Assembly (NCBI GenBank): GCA_963771275.1
Contig: CAVYSW010000009.1
Location: 256,001-320,000, forward strand
Origin: an uncultured Gemmatimonadales bacterium
GTDB lineage: Bacteria; Gemmatimonadota; Gemmatimonadetes; Gemmatimonadales; GWC2-71-9
Direction of reading: 5' to 3'
DNA length: 64,000 nucleotides
Below, in pieces: positions 29,205 to 39,800 of the stretch. Both the position numbers and the translations under genes were made by a program. The notes below the pieces were generated by a model. That model was not told the origin of the DNA. It searched no databases and saw nothing but the letters and a program-made list of their open reading frames with translations. Position 1 is the first letter of the stretch; every line of letters begins with the position of its first letter.

Positions 29205-29309
29205 GCTCAAGCCGCAGACTGAGCAGAACCGCTGATCTGCGCTGATATGCTCCCACGCGCGTGCCCGGGATGGCACACGCGTCACTCCGGCACCTACCGT
29301 TGACGCGGG

Positions 29310-29678
29310 ATGAGCCCAACGCCCGCCGTCTATGCGCACGCCTCGCTGACCCACCAGATCATCGGTGGCTTCTACGAGGTGACAACGCTCTCGGGGCCGG
29401 CTTCCGTGAAGCGGTGTATGAGCGAGCACTGGCGATGGCGCTTGCGGATCGTCGCCTGAACGTGGAGCGTCAGGTCCCCGTTACCGTGCGGTTCAGGGGA
29501 AGGCGCGCTGGCCTCTTCCGGGCGGACGGTGCTGCTCGAGCTCAAGGCTCTCCCGGCACTCGAGCCGGCTCACGTCACGCAAGTGCTCAACGCGCTTCGC
29601 GCACCCGGACTGCACCTCGGTCTGCTGCTGAACTTCGGTCCGCAGCCACAGGTCAAACGCATTATCCAAAGCCGCTGA
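29310..29678 (+). pseudogene. GxxExxY protein (PD-(D/E)XK nuclease fold) with two frameshifts
   Basis: LTHQIIGGFYEV / NALGAGFREAVYERAL..RQVPV..FRAD / VLLELKA..HVTQVLN..GLLLNFG; breaks near 29382 and 29528. Confidence 0.85.
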
Positions 29679-29755
29679 TGGCGCATAAAGACACAGATGG
29701 ACGCAGATTCGGGCGAGTCTGCGTCCATCAGCGCGTTACAGCGTTATCTGCGGAA

Positions 29756-29830
<75 letters not shown>

Positions 29831-29921
29831 TGCTGCGCTCGCAATCTAGATTGCCCTCCCTCCCCATACCACCCCACATGAGGAGCAAGACCCTCATCCC
29901 CGTCCGCTCCGGGCGCCACCC

Positions 29922-30161
29922 CTATTCCCATTCGCCGCGCCGCTTGCCGGGCTTGGGCCCTTCCGCCTCGTCCCAGTCCTCCTCGATCTCGTCGTAATCC
30001 TCGTATTCGTCCTCGTCGACCTCTTCCTCGTCTTCGTCGTAGTCGTACTCGTCCTCGTCAAGCTCCTCGTCCTCCTCGAAGTCGTCGACATCGTCCTCGT
30101 TCTCGTCGTCATAGCGTGCGGCGACGACTCGCGACGAAACCGACGGATCCCAGGGCCACAT
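29922..30161 (-). CDS. Small, highly acidic hypothetical protein (79 aa)
   Basis: GGAGG RBS before ATG; 41 of 79 residues are D/E. Confidence 0.75.
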   Translation of the reverse strand: MWPWDPSVSSRVVAARYDDENEDDVDDFEEDEELDEDEYDYDEDEEEVDEDEYEDYDEIEEDWDEAEGPKPGKRRGEWE

Positions 30162-30215
30162 TGTTCCTCCCACTCCCGCGCTAAGGTTCACCACGACGAC
30201 GAACGTCCGACCGTC

Positions 30216-32141
30216 CTACGCTTCAGCGGCCGTCTTGGCGGCCCGCTGCGCCTTCTTCCGATCCGAGACGCCGAGCGTGCGCTTCCGCAGCCGGATCGCG
30301 GCCGGCGTCACCTCGATCAGCTCGTCCTCCTCGATGTACTCGAGCGCGAGCTCGAGCGTGATCTCGCGCGGCGGCTCCAGACGCAACGCCTCGTCCGAGG
30401 CCGTCGTGCGCATGTTCGAGAGCTTCTTCTCCTTCGTGATGTTCACGTCCATGTCGCCGACCCGCGCGTTTTCCCCGACGATCATCCCGCCGTACACCGG
30501 GTCACCCGGACGCACGAACATCTGCGCGCGCTCCTGCAGGTTGAAGATGGCGAAGGCCACCGCCACCCCCTCCCGGTCCGCCACCAGTACCCCGCGCTTC
30601 CGCCCCGCCAGGGGCCCGGCCCAGGAGTCGTAGCGCAGGAACCGGTGGTGCATGATCCCCTCGCCGCGCGTATCCGTCAAGAAGTCGGACCGATAGCCAA
30701 ACAGGCCCCGGCTCGGGATCGCAAACTGCATCCGCGTCTTCCGGTGGCCCATCGGCTTCATCGCCATGAGCTCGCCGTGCCGCGGACCGAGCTTCTCGAT
30801 CACGGTCCCGACCATGTCCTGGGGCACCTCCACCGACAGCTCCTCGTACGGCTCCAGCCGCTGGCCGTCCGCCGCGTCCTTCGTGATCACCCGCGGCCGA
30901 CTCACCTGGAACTCATACCCCTCGCGCCGCATCGTCTCCATCAGGATCGAGAGGTGGAGCTCCCCGCGCCCCGACACCGTGAGCGTGTCGGGCCGATCGG
31001 TATCCTCTACCCGGAGCGCCACGTTTCGCTCCAGCTCGTGGAACAGGCGGTCCCGCACCTGCCGCGACGTCACGAACCGCCCCGCCCGCCCCGCGAACGG
31101 GGAGTTGTTGACCGAGAAGTCCACCGAGATCGTCGGCTCCTCCACCGCGATCCCCGCCAGCCGCTCCGGCACGTCCGGGTCGACGATGGTCTTCCCGATC
31201 TCGATCCCCTCGAGCCCCGCCAGAGCCACGATCTCACCCGCGCCGGCCTCGGCGATCTCGACCCGGTGCAGGCCGTCGAAGCCGTACAGCCGCCCCGCCC
31301 GGGCCCGCTCCCCCTCGGCCGCATCCGCCATCCCCACAGGCCCCAGCGGGAGCAGCAGCACGTCCTGCCCCACCCGGATCCGGCCCCGCTCGATCCGCCC
31401 GATCGCGATCCGCCCCAGGTACGACGAGTAGTCCACCGTCGAGATCAGCATCTGGAGCGGCCCGGCGGGGTCCCCCGTGGGCTCCGGAATCGCGTCGAGA
31501 ATCGCCCGGAACAGCGGCTCCAGATCCCCCTCCATCCCTCCCCCGTCCGCCACTCCTGCCGCTCCTGCCGCTGCTGCCGCCCCGGCCGCTCCGGCCGCCC
31601 CGCGTCCCCACCCGTCCGGCAGCGCGCGCGACGACACGCCGTAGCGCGACGAGGCGTAGATGAACGGCGCGTTGAGCTGCGCGTTCGTCGCCTCCAGGTC
31701 CATGAACAGCTCGAGCACCTCGTCGTGCACCACGAGCGGACGCGCGTCAGGCCGATCGATCTTGTTGATCACGACGATGGGCTGCAGCCCCAGCTCCAGC
31801 GCCTTGCGCGTCACGAACCGCGTCTGCGGCATCGGCCCCTCGGCGGCATCCACCAGGAGCAGCACACCGTCCACCATCCGCAGGATGCGCTCGACCTCGC
31901 CCCCGAAATCGGCGTGCCCCGGCGTATCCACGATATTGATCTTCGTGTCTTTCCAGTGTACCGCCGTATTCTTGGCCAGTATCGTAATGCCGCGCTCGCG
32001 CTCGAGCGGGTTGGAATCCATCACGCGCTCCTCCACCTGCTCATTCGCCCGGAAGACGCCCGCCTGGCGGAGCATCTTGTCGACCAGCGTCGTCTTGCCG
32101 TGATCGACGTGCGCGATGATGGCGATGTTGCGCAACGACAC
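30216..32141 (-). CDS. typA: Translational GTPase TypA/BipA
   Basis: [46 protein letters not shown]. Confidence 0.98.
   Translation of the reverse strand: MSLRNIAIIAHVDHGKTTLVDKMLRQAGVFRANEQVEERVMDSNPLERERGITILAKNTAVHWKDTKINIVDTPGHADFGGEVERILRMVDGVLLLVDAAEGPMPQTRFVTRKALELGLQPIVVINKIDRPDARPLVVHDEVLELFMDLEATNAQLNAPFIYASSRYGVSSRALPDGWGRGAAGAAGAAAAAGAAGVADGGGMEGDLEPLFRAILDAIPEPTGDPAGPLQMLISTVDYSSYLGRIAIGRIERGRIRVGQDVLLLPLGPVGMADAAEGERARAGRLYGFDGLHRVEIAEAGAGEIVALAGLEGIEIGKTIVDPDVPERLAGIAVEEPTISVDFSVNNSPFAGRAGRFVTSRQVRDRLFHELERNVALRVEDTDRPDTLTVSGRGELHLSILMETMRREGYEFQVSRPRVITKDAADGQRLEPYEELSVEVPQDMVGTVIEKLGPRHGELMAMKPMGHRKTRMQFAIPSRGLFGYRSDFLTDTRGEGIMHHRFLRYDSWAGPLAGRKRGVLVADREGVAVAFAIFNLQERAQMFVRPGDPVYGGMIVGENARVGDMDVNITKEKKLSNMRTTASDEALRLEPPREITLELALEYIEEDELIEVTPAAIRLRKRTLGVSDRKKAQRAAKTAAEA
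31545..31598. repeat. 9-bp-period repeat in-frame in typA
   Basis: TCCTGCCGC TCCTGCCGC TGCTGCCGC CCCGGCCGC TCCGGCCGC. Confidence 0.75.
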
Positions 32142-32142
32142 A

Positions 32143-32169
32143 GTAAAGCCTTGAAAAACAATCAGTTAC
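32143..32169. promoter_or_regulatory. AT-rich palindrome (double IHF-like site) abutting the typA start
   Basis: GTAA-AGCC-TTG-AAAAA-CAA-TCAG-TTAC. Confidence 0.55.
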
Positions 32170-32234
32170 AAAACGGTACCCTGCGCGAGTGGCGCAAGTT
32201 TACCGGGGCCAGCCGCGATGCGCAAGCGGGTCCG

Positions 32235-33140
32235 TCAGACGGGAGCCGTCTCCCGGCAGCCGGGCTCCATTTCGAGCTGGACCGTCACATGATGGATACC
32301 CAGCGTAGCCATGCGTTGCTCCACCATGGCGAGGACGTCGGTGGAGCGGGTGAGATCGTCGAGCACCGCGTGGCCGGTCATCGCCACCATGCCGCTCGTC
32401 ACGGTCCAGACGTGGAGGTCGTGGACACCCGTCACGCCGGGAACGGTCGTCAGCGCGTGCTCGACCTTGGCGAGCGGGATGTGGCGCGGGGTCGCCTCGA
32501 GCAGCACGTCCACGCTGTCCCGCAGCAGGCCCCACGCGCTCGCGAGGATGAGGAGCGCGATGGCGACGGAAGCAATCGGGTCCGCGGCGGTCCACCCGGT
32601 GAGCGCGATGACCAGGCCGGCGAGCAGCGCTCCGACCGACCCGAGCAGGTCACCCAGCACGTGGAGGTAGGCGCCGCGCAGGTTGAGCGAATGGTCGTGG
32701 CCGCGGCGCAGCAGCCTGAGCGTCACGACATTCGCGATCAGGCCGAGTGCCGCCACGACGAGCATCAGGCCGGAGCGCACCTCCGCCGGCTCGGCCACGC
32801 GGCGGACGGCCTGCCAGACGATCGCGCCGGCGATCACCAGCAGCGCCGCGCCGTTCACCAGGGCGGCCAGGATCTCGAGCCGGAGGTACCCGTACGTGCG
32901 GTGCGCGGTGGGCGGGCGCTGCGCGACCCACGCCACGAACAGGGCCAGGGCGAGTGACGCCGCGTCGCCCAGCATGTGTCCCGCGTCGGCGAGCAGCGCC
33001 AGCGAGTGGGCCAGCAGCCCGCCCACCACCTCGGCGAGCATGAAGAGCAGCGTGATCCCGAGGGCGAGGCCGAGCGCCCGCGAGTGCCCGGCGAGCCGGC
33101 CGGTGTGCGCGCAGTCGGCCGAGCGAACGCGCGGCGTCAC
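32235..33140 (-). CDS. Cation diffusion facilitator (CzcD/ZitB-like)
   Basis: SLALLADAGHML, TYGYLRLEILAA, AYLHVLGDLLGS, VHDLHVW. Confidence 0.95.
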   Translation of the reverse strand: MTPRVRSADCAHTGRLAGHSRALGLALGITLLFMLAEVVGGLLAHSLALLADAGHMLGDAASLALALFVAWVAQRPPTAHRTYGYLRLEILAALVNGAALLVIAGAIVWQAVRRVAEPAEVRSGLMLVVAALGLIANVVTLRLLRRGHDHSLNLRGAYLHVLGDLLGSVGALLAGLVIALTGWTAADPIASVAIALLILASAWGLLRDSVDVLLEATPRHIPLAKVEHALTTVPGVTGVHDLHVWTVTSGMVAMTGHAVLDDLTRSTDVLAMVEQRMATLGIHHVTVQLEMEPGCRETAPV

Positions 33141-34063
33141 GCGGGCCTCGCCGTCGCCCGCCGGCCGGCGAGCCGCACGGCCAGCTCCACCGCCGCGCGC
33201 AGCGAGCTTGGGTCGGCGATCCCCTTCCCCGCGATGTCCAGGGCCGTGCCGTGATCCGGCGCCGTGCGCACGAACGGCAGGCCCAGCGTCACGTTCACGG
33301 CGTGGCCGAACGCGGCCACCTTGATGGCCGTCATCCCCACGTCGTGATACGGCGCCAGCACGGCGTCGAACTCGCCCCTGAGTGCCCGCACGAACACAGT
33401 GTCCGCGGGGAGCGGGCCGGCGGCGCCGAGCGCCCGGGCCGCGGGGGCGAGCACCGCCGCGTCCTCGGATCCGAATAGGCCCGCCTCACCGGCATGCGGG
33501 TTGAGCGCGCAGACCGCGAGCCGCGGCGCGTCGAGCCCCCACCACTCGCGCAGCGCCGCGCGCGTGACCGCGCCGACCCGCTCCACCAGCCCGCGGGTCA
33601 GCGCGTCGGGCACGGCCCGCAGCGGCAGGTGCGTCGTCACCAGCACCACGCGCAGCCGCTCGTCGGTGAGCATCATCGCGACGTCCACGCCGCCCGCGAG
33701 CGCCGCGAGCCACTCGGTGTGGCCCGGGTAGGGAATGCCGGCAAGGTGGAGCGCGTGCTTCTCGGCGGGCCCCGTGACGATGGCGTCGACCTCACCGGCG
33801 AGCGCGAGGGCAACGGCGGTTTCGATCTGGGACTTCACCAGGAGACCAGCGTCGCGGGGGGAGCCGGTGAAAAGTGAAAAGTGAAAAGTGAAGCCACCGC
33901 TCCTTTCACTTTTCACTTTTCTCTTTTCACTCGTCTCACGTCCATCCACGTCGAGCACCACGTACTCCGCCCCCTCCGGGAGCCCGGCGGCGAGCACCTT
34001 GTCGACGATCTCGGGACCGATGCCGCGGGGATCGCCGGGCGTGATGGCGACGCGGGGGCGCAC
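33137..34063 (-). CDS. pdxA: 4-hydroxythreonine-4-phosphate dehydrogenase PdxA (start approximate)
   Basis: ITPGDPRGIGPEI, GHTE, LNPHAGE, YHDVG, VNVTLGLPFVRTAPDHGTA. Confidence 0.95.
   Translation of the reverse strand: MRPRVAITPGDPRGIGPEIVDKVLAAGLPEGAEYVVLDVDGRETSEKRKVKSERSGGFTFHFSLFTGSPRDAGLLVKSQIETAVALALAGEVDAIVTGPAEKHALHLAGIPYPGHTEWLAALAGGVDVAMMLTDERLRVVLVTTHLPLRAVPDALTRGLVERVGAVTRAALREWWGLDAPRLAVCALNPHAGEAGLFGSEDAAVLAPAARALGAAGPLPADTVFVRALRGEFDAVLAPYHDVGMTAIKVAAFGHAVNVTLGLPFVRTAPDHGTALDIAGKGIADPSSLRAAVELAVRLAGRRATARPA
33867..33930. repeat. AT-rich heptamer palindrome in-frame in pdxA
   Basis: (GTGAAAA)3GTGAA, 12 nt, TTCAC TTTTCAC TTTTCTC TTTTCAC; 25 of 26 bp pair. Confidence 0.95.
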
Positions 34064-34073
34064 GCCGGGGCGG

Positions 34074-35426
34074 CTAGAGACGGACGACGACGAAGGTCCG
34101 CTGGCGCAGCTCATCGACGTAGCGGCGCACGCCGCTCCCGTCCGCGAGGTTGGCGCGGATACGATCGTGCAGCTCGTCGTACGAGTACTCGCCCTCCGGC
34201 CGCGCGCCGTCGAACCGGATCACCGCGTAGGCGCTGCGCGTGCCTTCCCCGATCGGCACGGGGCCGATGAAGTCGCCGGGAAGCGCGCCCGCGATGGCGC
34301 TCTGCAGCGCCTGGGGCAGGTCGGTCGCGGCCACGTCCTCGAAGATGGACTGCTGCAGCGGGTCGTGGTACCGGCGGGTGAGCGAGTCGATCGCCGCGCC
34401 GGCCCGCAACGCGGCGAGGACGGTATCGGCGCGCGCCCGCGCCGCTGCGCGGTCCGCGTCCGTGATCTCCGGGGTGAACAGGATGTGCCGGGCCATGATC
34501 TCCGTCGGCTCGAGGCGCTCGACCTGGATGATGTGGAACCCGAACGGGCTCTCGACCACGTCGCTGACCTGCCCGGGGCGCAGGCGGAACGCGACCGCCT
34601 CGAACTCGCGCACCATGTACCCGCGCCGGAACCATCCCAGCTCGCCACCCTGGTCGCGCGACGCGGGGTCGTCCGAGAACCGCCGGGCCGCCGTGGCGAA
34701 GTCCGCTCCCCCGCGCAGCTCCGCGAGCACCGAGTCGGCCCGCCCCCGGGCGACGGCCTTGGCGGCGGAATCCGCGTCCGCCCGGATCACGATCTGGCGG
34801 AACGACACCGTGGCCGGCCGCTTGGGCTGGAGCGCCTTGCTCGCCTCGAAGTACTGCCGGATTTCCTCCTCGGTCGGCGCGATCGAGCGGATCTCGTTCT
34901 TCTCCCGCAGCCGCTGGATCAGCTGCTGCTTGATCAGATCGCGGCGCACCTGCTCCGTCACGTAGCGCCGGTACTCCTCGGGCGTGCCCAGGCCGGCCTC
35001 CTGCAGCTGCTGCCGGTACTCGAGCTCCGAGTTGAACTGGCTCCGCGTCTGGCGGACCGAGGCCTCGACCGTGGATTGCACCTGCTGGTCCGTCACCTTG
35101 ACCGTCGTGTCGCGCGCGGCCTGCTGCACCAGCAGCTCGTCCTCGATCAACCGCTCGACCACCTCGGACCGCAGGGCGGCGTACTCGACGGAGTCCTTCG
35201 GCAGCGGGCGCCCGCTGCGCTGGCGCTCGGCGAGCATCAGGTTCACTTCCTCGTCCACGCGCGACATGGGAATCGCCACGGATCCGACGATCGCCGCGAT
35301 CCGGTCGATCGGCGAGAACTGCTGGGTGGGCGCCTGCGGGGCCGGCGGCTGCTGCGCCCCCGCGCCGAGCAGCGGGGCGGCGAGCGCGATCAATGCGAGC
35401 GCGGTGCGGCCGGCGCTAGTCCTCAT
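34074..35426 (-). CDS. surA: SurA-like parvulin PPIase chaperone
   Basis: DRIAAIVG, ARRFSDDPAS..GGELGW, VESPFGFHII; upstream of pdxA. Confidence 0.88.
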   Translation of the reverse strand: MRTSAGRTALALIALAAPLLGAGAQQPPAPQAPTQQFSPIDRIAAIVGSVAIPMSRVDEEVNLMLAERQRSGRPLPKDSVEYAALRSEVVERLIEDELLVQQAARDTTVKVTDQQVQSTVEASVRQTRSQFNSELEYRQQLQEAGLGTPEEYRRYVTEQVRRDLIKQQLIQRLREKNEIRSIAPTEEEIRQYFEASKALQPKRPATVSFRQIVIRADADSAAKAVARGRADSVLAELRGGADFATAARRFSDDPASRDQGGELGWFRRGYMVREFEAVAFRLRPGQVSDVVESPFGFHIIQVERLEPTEIMARHILFTPEITDADRAAARARADTVLAALRAGAAIDSLTRRYHDPLQQSIFEDVAATDLPQALQSAIAGALPGDFIGPVPIGEGTRSAYAVIRFDGARPEGEYSYDELHDRIRANLADGSGVRRYVDELRQRTFVVVRL

Positions 35427-36849
35427 GGTTTCCCTCCGGGGCTGGCGACCCGGGGGGTTGGGACCCCGGCGGCGCGGCCGGCGCGATGGGCGTCGCCGGC
35501 GGCGCCGCACCCGGCACGCTGTCGAGCGCGAGGCGGATCTGCCGCGCGCGCTCGAGCACCCGCTCCACCCCCGCCGGCTCGATGGCCCACTGCACCTCCG
35601 TCCGCAGCCGGTCGGCCAGGGCCGCGGGGACCAGTTGCAGCCGGCGGCGGTTCTGCGACACCGCCTGGAGGTAGCCGAGCACGTGGGTCTGCACCAGCTC
35701 CTGACGGGCCGCGGCCGGGAGCGCGCGGTACGCCGGCAGCGAGTCGTTCGGGAACCCGAGCAGGGCGCCGAGCAGCGCCAGCTCCCGCCGGAGGGTGTCC
35801 GTGACGCCGTGAAAGAACTCCGGCGTCACGGTCATGCCGGTGGCCTTCGCTTCGCGGAGCAGGACCTCGTTGCGCATCAGGTGCTGCACGATGCCGGTGA
35901 TTTGCGAGTCGTTGGCGCCCGGCAGCCCCTGCCACACCTCGCGCGGCATGGCCTGCAGCCAGCGCGACAGGTCCGAGACGCGGAACTGCCCGCCCTTGTA
36001 CGTGCCGAGCAGCTTGCCGGACTGCTTGGCGCGCACCGGGTCCCGACCGATCTCCCGGACCGCCGGGCCGATGCCTCCCCGGACGCGCAGGTTCCAGCGC
36101 TGCGGCAGGCTGTCGAGATACCGTTCGTCGAACTGCGCTTCGAGCCGGCCTTCCACCCCGTCGCGAAACGCGTCGCGCACGTCCGCGAGCGGCGGGCGGA
36201 AGATGAGGTCGTAGCCGGCAGGGGTCTCGGTGACCTGCGAGATCTCGCCCGGCGCGAGGGCGAACGCCACGTTCTCGAACCGCTCCACCGTTTCGCCCCG
36301 CGCGATCACCCCGAGGTCGCCGTCTTTGGTCCCGCCGCTCGCCTTGTCCCACGTGACGGCACCGCTCAGCAGCTTCGCCCGCGTGTCTTCCGCCAGCCCG
36401 CGCTGCACCCGGCGGAGGTTGGGCGCCGCGTCCGGGCTCACGGCGAGCGTGATGTGCTTGATGAGCCGGTAGTCCCCGGCGGCGTACACGCTGTCCACCG
36501 CGGCCGAGTCGAGCCGCGCCGACTGGCCGATCAGGTGCTCGTGAAACCGGCTCGCGATTTCCTGCTCGATGTCGGCCCACATCGTCGCGGCCACGTGCGC
36601 CGAATCGAGCAACGAGTCGCCTGCGAGCAGCCGGTCGGCGAAGGTGGTGTAGTCCACCCAGAGCACGGACATGCCGTCCACGACGTCGCGGCGCACCGGC
36701 AGCTCCTTGCCCCCCGCCATGAGCTCCGCCAGCCGCTGCACGCCAAGCTCGTACTCTCCCACGCGGGCGACGGTATCGACCCGCGAGGAGAACGCCCCAC
36801 CGCATCCACTCAGCAATCCGGCGGCGACCGCCGCCACGACCCGTCGCAT
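35416..36849 (-). CDS. Parvulin-type PPIase lipoprotein
   Basis: Lipobox LSGC; GDLGVI, FENVAFAL.PGEIS..ETPAGY. Confidence 0.75.
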   Translation of the reverse strand: MRRVVAAVAAGLLSGCGGAFSSRVDTVARVGEYELGVQRLAELMAGGKELPVRRDVVDGMSVLWVDYTTFADRLLAGDSLLDSAHVAATMWADIEQEIASRFHEHLIGQSARLDSAAVDSVYAAGDYRLIKHITLAVSPDAAPNLRRVQRGLAEDTRAKLLSGAVTWDKASGGTKDGDLGVIARGETVERFENVAFALAPGEISQVTETPAGYDLIFRPPLADVRDAFRDGVEGRLEAQFDERYLDSLPQRWNLRVRGGIGPAVREIGRDPVRAKQSGKLLGTYKGGQFRVSDLSRWLQAMPREVWQGLPGANDSQITGIVQHLMRNEVLLREAKATGMTVTPEFFHGVTDTLRRELALLGALLGFPNDSLPAYRALPAAARQELVQTHVLGYLQAVSQNRRRLQLVPAALADRLRTEVQWAIEPAGVERVLERARQIRLALDSVPGAAPPATPIAPAAPPGSQPPGSPAPEGNHED

Positions 36850-36859
36850 GTGCGCTCCT

Positions 36860-39800
36860 TCACGTCGCCGGGACCGGCCGTTGGACCGCCGATCCGTCTG
36901 TCTCGCCGAGGGCGGTCCGCAGCGCGCGGACCAGCCCGTCTCCCATCGCCAGCCCGCCCAGCCGCGTCAGCCGGAGCGACAGCGGCACCGCGCGCCGCAC
37001 GTCGGCGGCGAACTGCACTTCGTCCAGCGCGGCGGTGAGGCCCGCCAGCCGCGGGCTGGCGCCCGCCCGAAACGTAAGCCGCGCCTCGTCACCCCGGACC
37101 AGAATCGTCTCCAGTCCCAGCCGGGCGCCAAGCGCGCGGAGTTCCGCAATGAGGAGGAGGCGGTCGGCTTCGGTGGGCAGCGGGCCGAACCGATCCCGCA
37201 GCTCCTCGCGTACGAGTGCAATCTCGCCAACTTGCGTGGCCCGCGCCAGCCGCCGGTACAGGTCGAGCTTCGCGTCTTCGTCGGGCACGTACGCGTCGGG
37301 CAGGTGCGCGCCGCCCTCGAAGGTGACGTCGGGCGGCAGCAGGCCCCCCTCGGACTCCCCCCTGAGCGCCCGCACGGCGTCCCCGAGCCAGCGCAGGTAG
37401 GTGTCCACCCCCACCGCGTGCGCGTGGCCCGACTGCTCCGCGCCGAGCAGGTTGCCGGCACCGCGCAGCTCGAGATCGCGCAGGGCGATGCGGTAGCCGG
37501 AGCCGAGCGCCGTGTGGTGCTCCAGCACGCGGAGCCGCTCCTCGGCGTCGCGATCGACCTGCTCCGGGGCGAGGAGATAGCAGTACGCCCGGCGATGCGC
37601 CCGGCCGACGCGCCCGCGCAGCTGGTACAGCTGCGCGAGCCCGAACTGCCCCGCGTTGTGCACCACCATGGTGTTCGCGTTGGGCACGTCGAGGCCCGAT
37701 TCCACGATCATCGTGGAGACCAGCACGTCCACCGCGCCCGCCACGAACCGCCGCATCACGTTCTCCAGCTCCCGCTCGCGCATCTGCCCGTGCGCCACCG
37801 CGACCCGCGCCCGCGGCGCGAGGGCCCGCACCCGCTCGCCCACCGTCGCAATCGTCTCGATCCGGTTGTGGACGAAATACGCCTGGCCGCCGCGGTCCAG
37901 CTCGCGCGCGAGCGCTTCCTCCAGCAGCCCGTCATCCCACGGCTCGACGAACGTCAGCACCGGCGACCGGTCGCGCGGCGGCGTCTCGATCAGCGTGAGA
38001 TCGCGCAGGCCGGACATCGCGAGGTGCAGCGTGCGCGGGATCGGCGTCGCCGTGAGCGTGAGCACGTCGACCTGCAGCCGCAGCGCCTTGAGCCGCTCCT
38101 TGTGCCGCACGCCGAAGCGGTGCTCCTCGTCCACGATCAGCAGTCCGAGATCGCGGAACCGGACGTCGCCGGACAGCAGGCGGTGGGTCCCGATCACCAC
38201 GTCCACCGCTCCGTCCGCGAGGCCGCGCAGCACCGCGGCCTGCTCCGCCGCCGTGCGGAAGCGCGACAGCACCTCGACGCGCACCGGAAAATCGGCGAGT
38301 CGCTCGGCGAACGTGCGGCCGTGCTGCTCCGCGAGAATCGTCGTGGGGACGAGCACCGCCGCCTGCTTGCCGGCCTGCACCGCCTTGAAGGCGGCGCGCA
38401 CCGCGACCTCGGTCTTGCCGTATCCCACGTCGCCCACGATCAGCCGGTCCATCGGGCGCGGCAGCTCCATGTCGCGCTTCACGTCGTCGGTCGCCGTGCG
38501 CTGGTCCGCCGTGTCCTCGTAGAGAAACGACGATTCCAGCTCGCGCTGCCACTTCGCGTCGGGTGGGAAGGCGTAGCCCACCGTGACCGCGCGTCGCGCG
38601 TACAGCTCCACCAGCTCGGCCGCCATCTGGCGGATCGCGCGCTCGGTCCGCTCGCGCTGGCGCCGCCAGCGCGTGCCCCCGAGCCGGTCGAGCCGCGGCG
38701 GCGGGCGGTCCCCGCCCTCGTCGGGCGCGCGATACCGCTCGATCTGGTCGATCCGGTAGAGCGGCACGTTCAGCCGATCGCCGCCCTCGTACTCGATGAT
38801 CGCGACCTCGAGCACCGTCCCCTCACCGACTGCGATCCGCTGGATGCCGCGGTAGATCCCGATGCCGTGCTCGAAGTGGACCACGTAGTCGCCGGGCGAG
38901 AGTGGACTCGCGGCGGTCTCGAGCGCCTGCCGGAAGCGCCGCGCCCGGCGAATCCGGCGGGCGCGGCGGAAGATCTCGTGGTCGGTGAGGACCGTGAGAT
39001 CGGGCAGCACGAACCCGCCCTTGAGCGCCCCGAGCGCCAGCGTGACCGTGGCCGGCAGGCGCGGGCCGCCGGCGTCGGCCGGGCCGAGGATCTCCTCGAG
39101 CCGCTCCAGCTGGCCCTCGTTGTCGCACAGGATCAGCGTGGGACCGGCGCGCACGAGCCGCTGCAGCCGGCGCATGTCGCGCTCCACCGACTCGGGCGCG
39201 AACACCCGGAAATCGTGGGCGCCCTCGACCTCCAGGAGCTCGAGCCGCGCGAGCCGGTCCCACGCCCCGCGCCACGCCTCGGGCGTCACGAACACCGTCT
39301 CGCGCCCCGGCACGTCCTCCCCCATGCGCCGCGCCACCTGAACGTGGTGCGCCGCCTCGTCCCACACGCGCTGGACCTCGGCGGGCGTCACGCCATCGTC
39401 CACGAACACCAGCGTGTCGGCGGGCAGCACGTCGAGCAGCGTGTCGGCCCTCACCCCACCCTCTCCCCCAGCCCCTTCCGCCCCTTCTGCCGCCCCGGTC
39501 ACGGGGAGCACCGTCACCCGCCCGACCTCGCCCTCCGAGCGCTGCGTGTCGAGATCGAACGCGCGAATCGAGATGATCTCGTCCCCCCACCACTCGATGC
39601 GGGCCGGCGCCGCCATGCCGAATCCGTAGACGTCGAGCAGGCCGCCGCGCACGGCGAACTGCGCCACGTCCGTGACCGACGGGACGCGCGCGTAGCCCAT
39701 GCGCTCGAGCCGCGCGATCACGTGGCCCGGCCGGTCCGTGTCCCCCCTCGCGAGCTCGAGCCGGGCCCGCGCGATCGCGGCCGGCATGCGGGTCCGCTCC

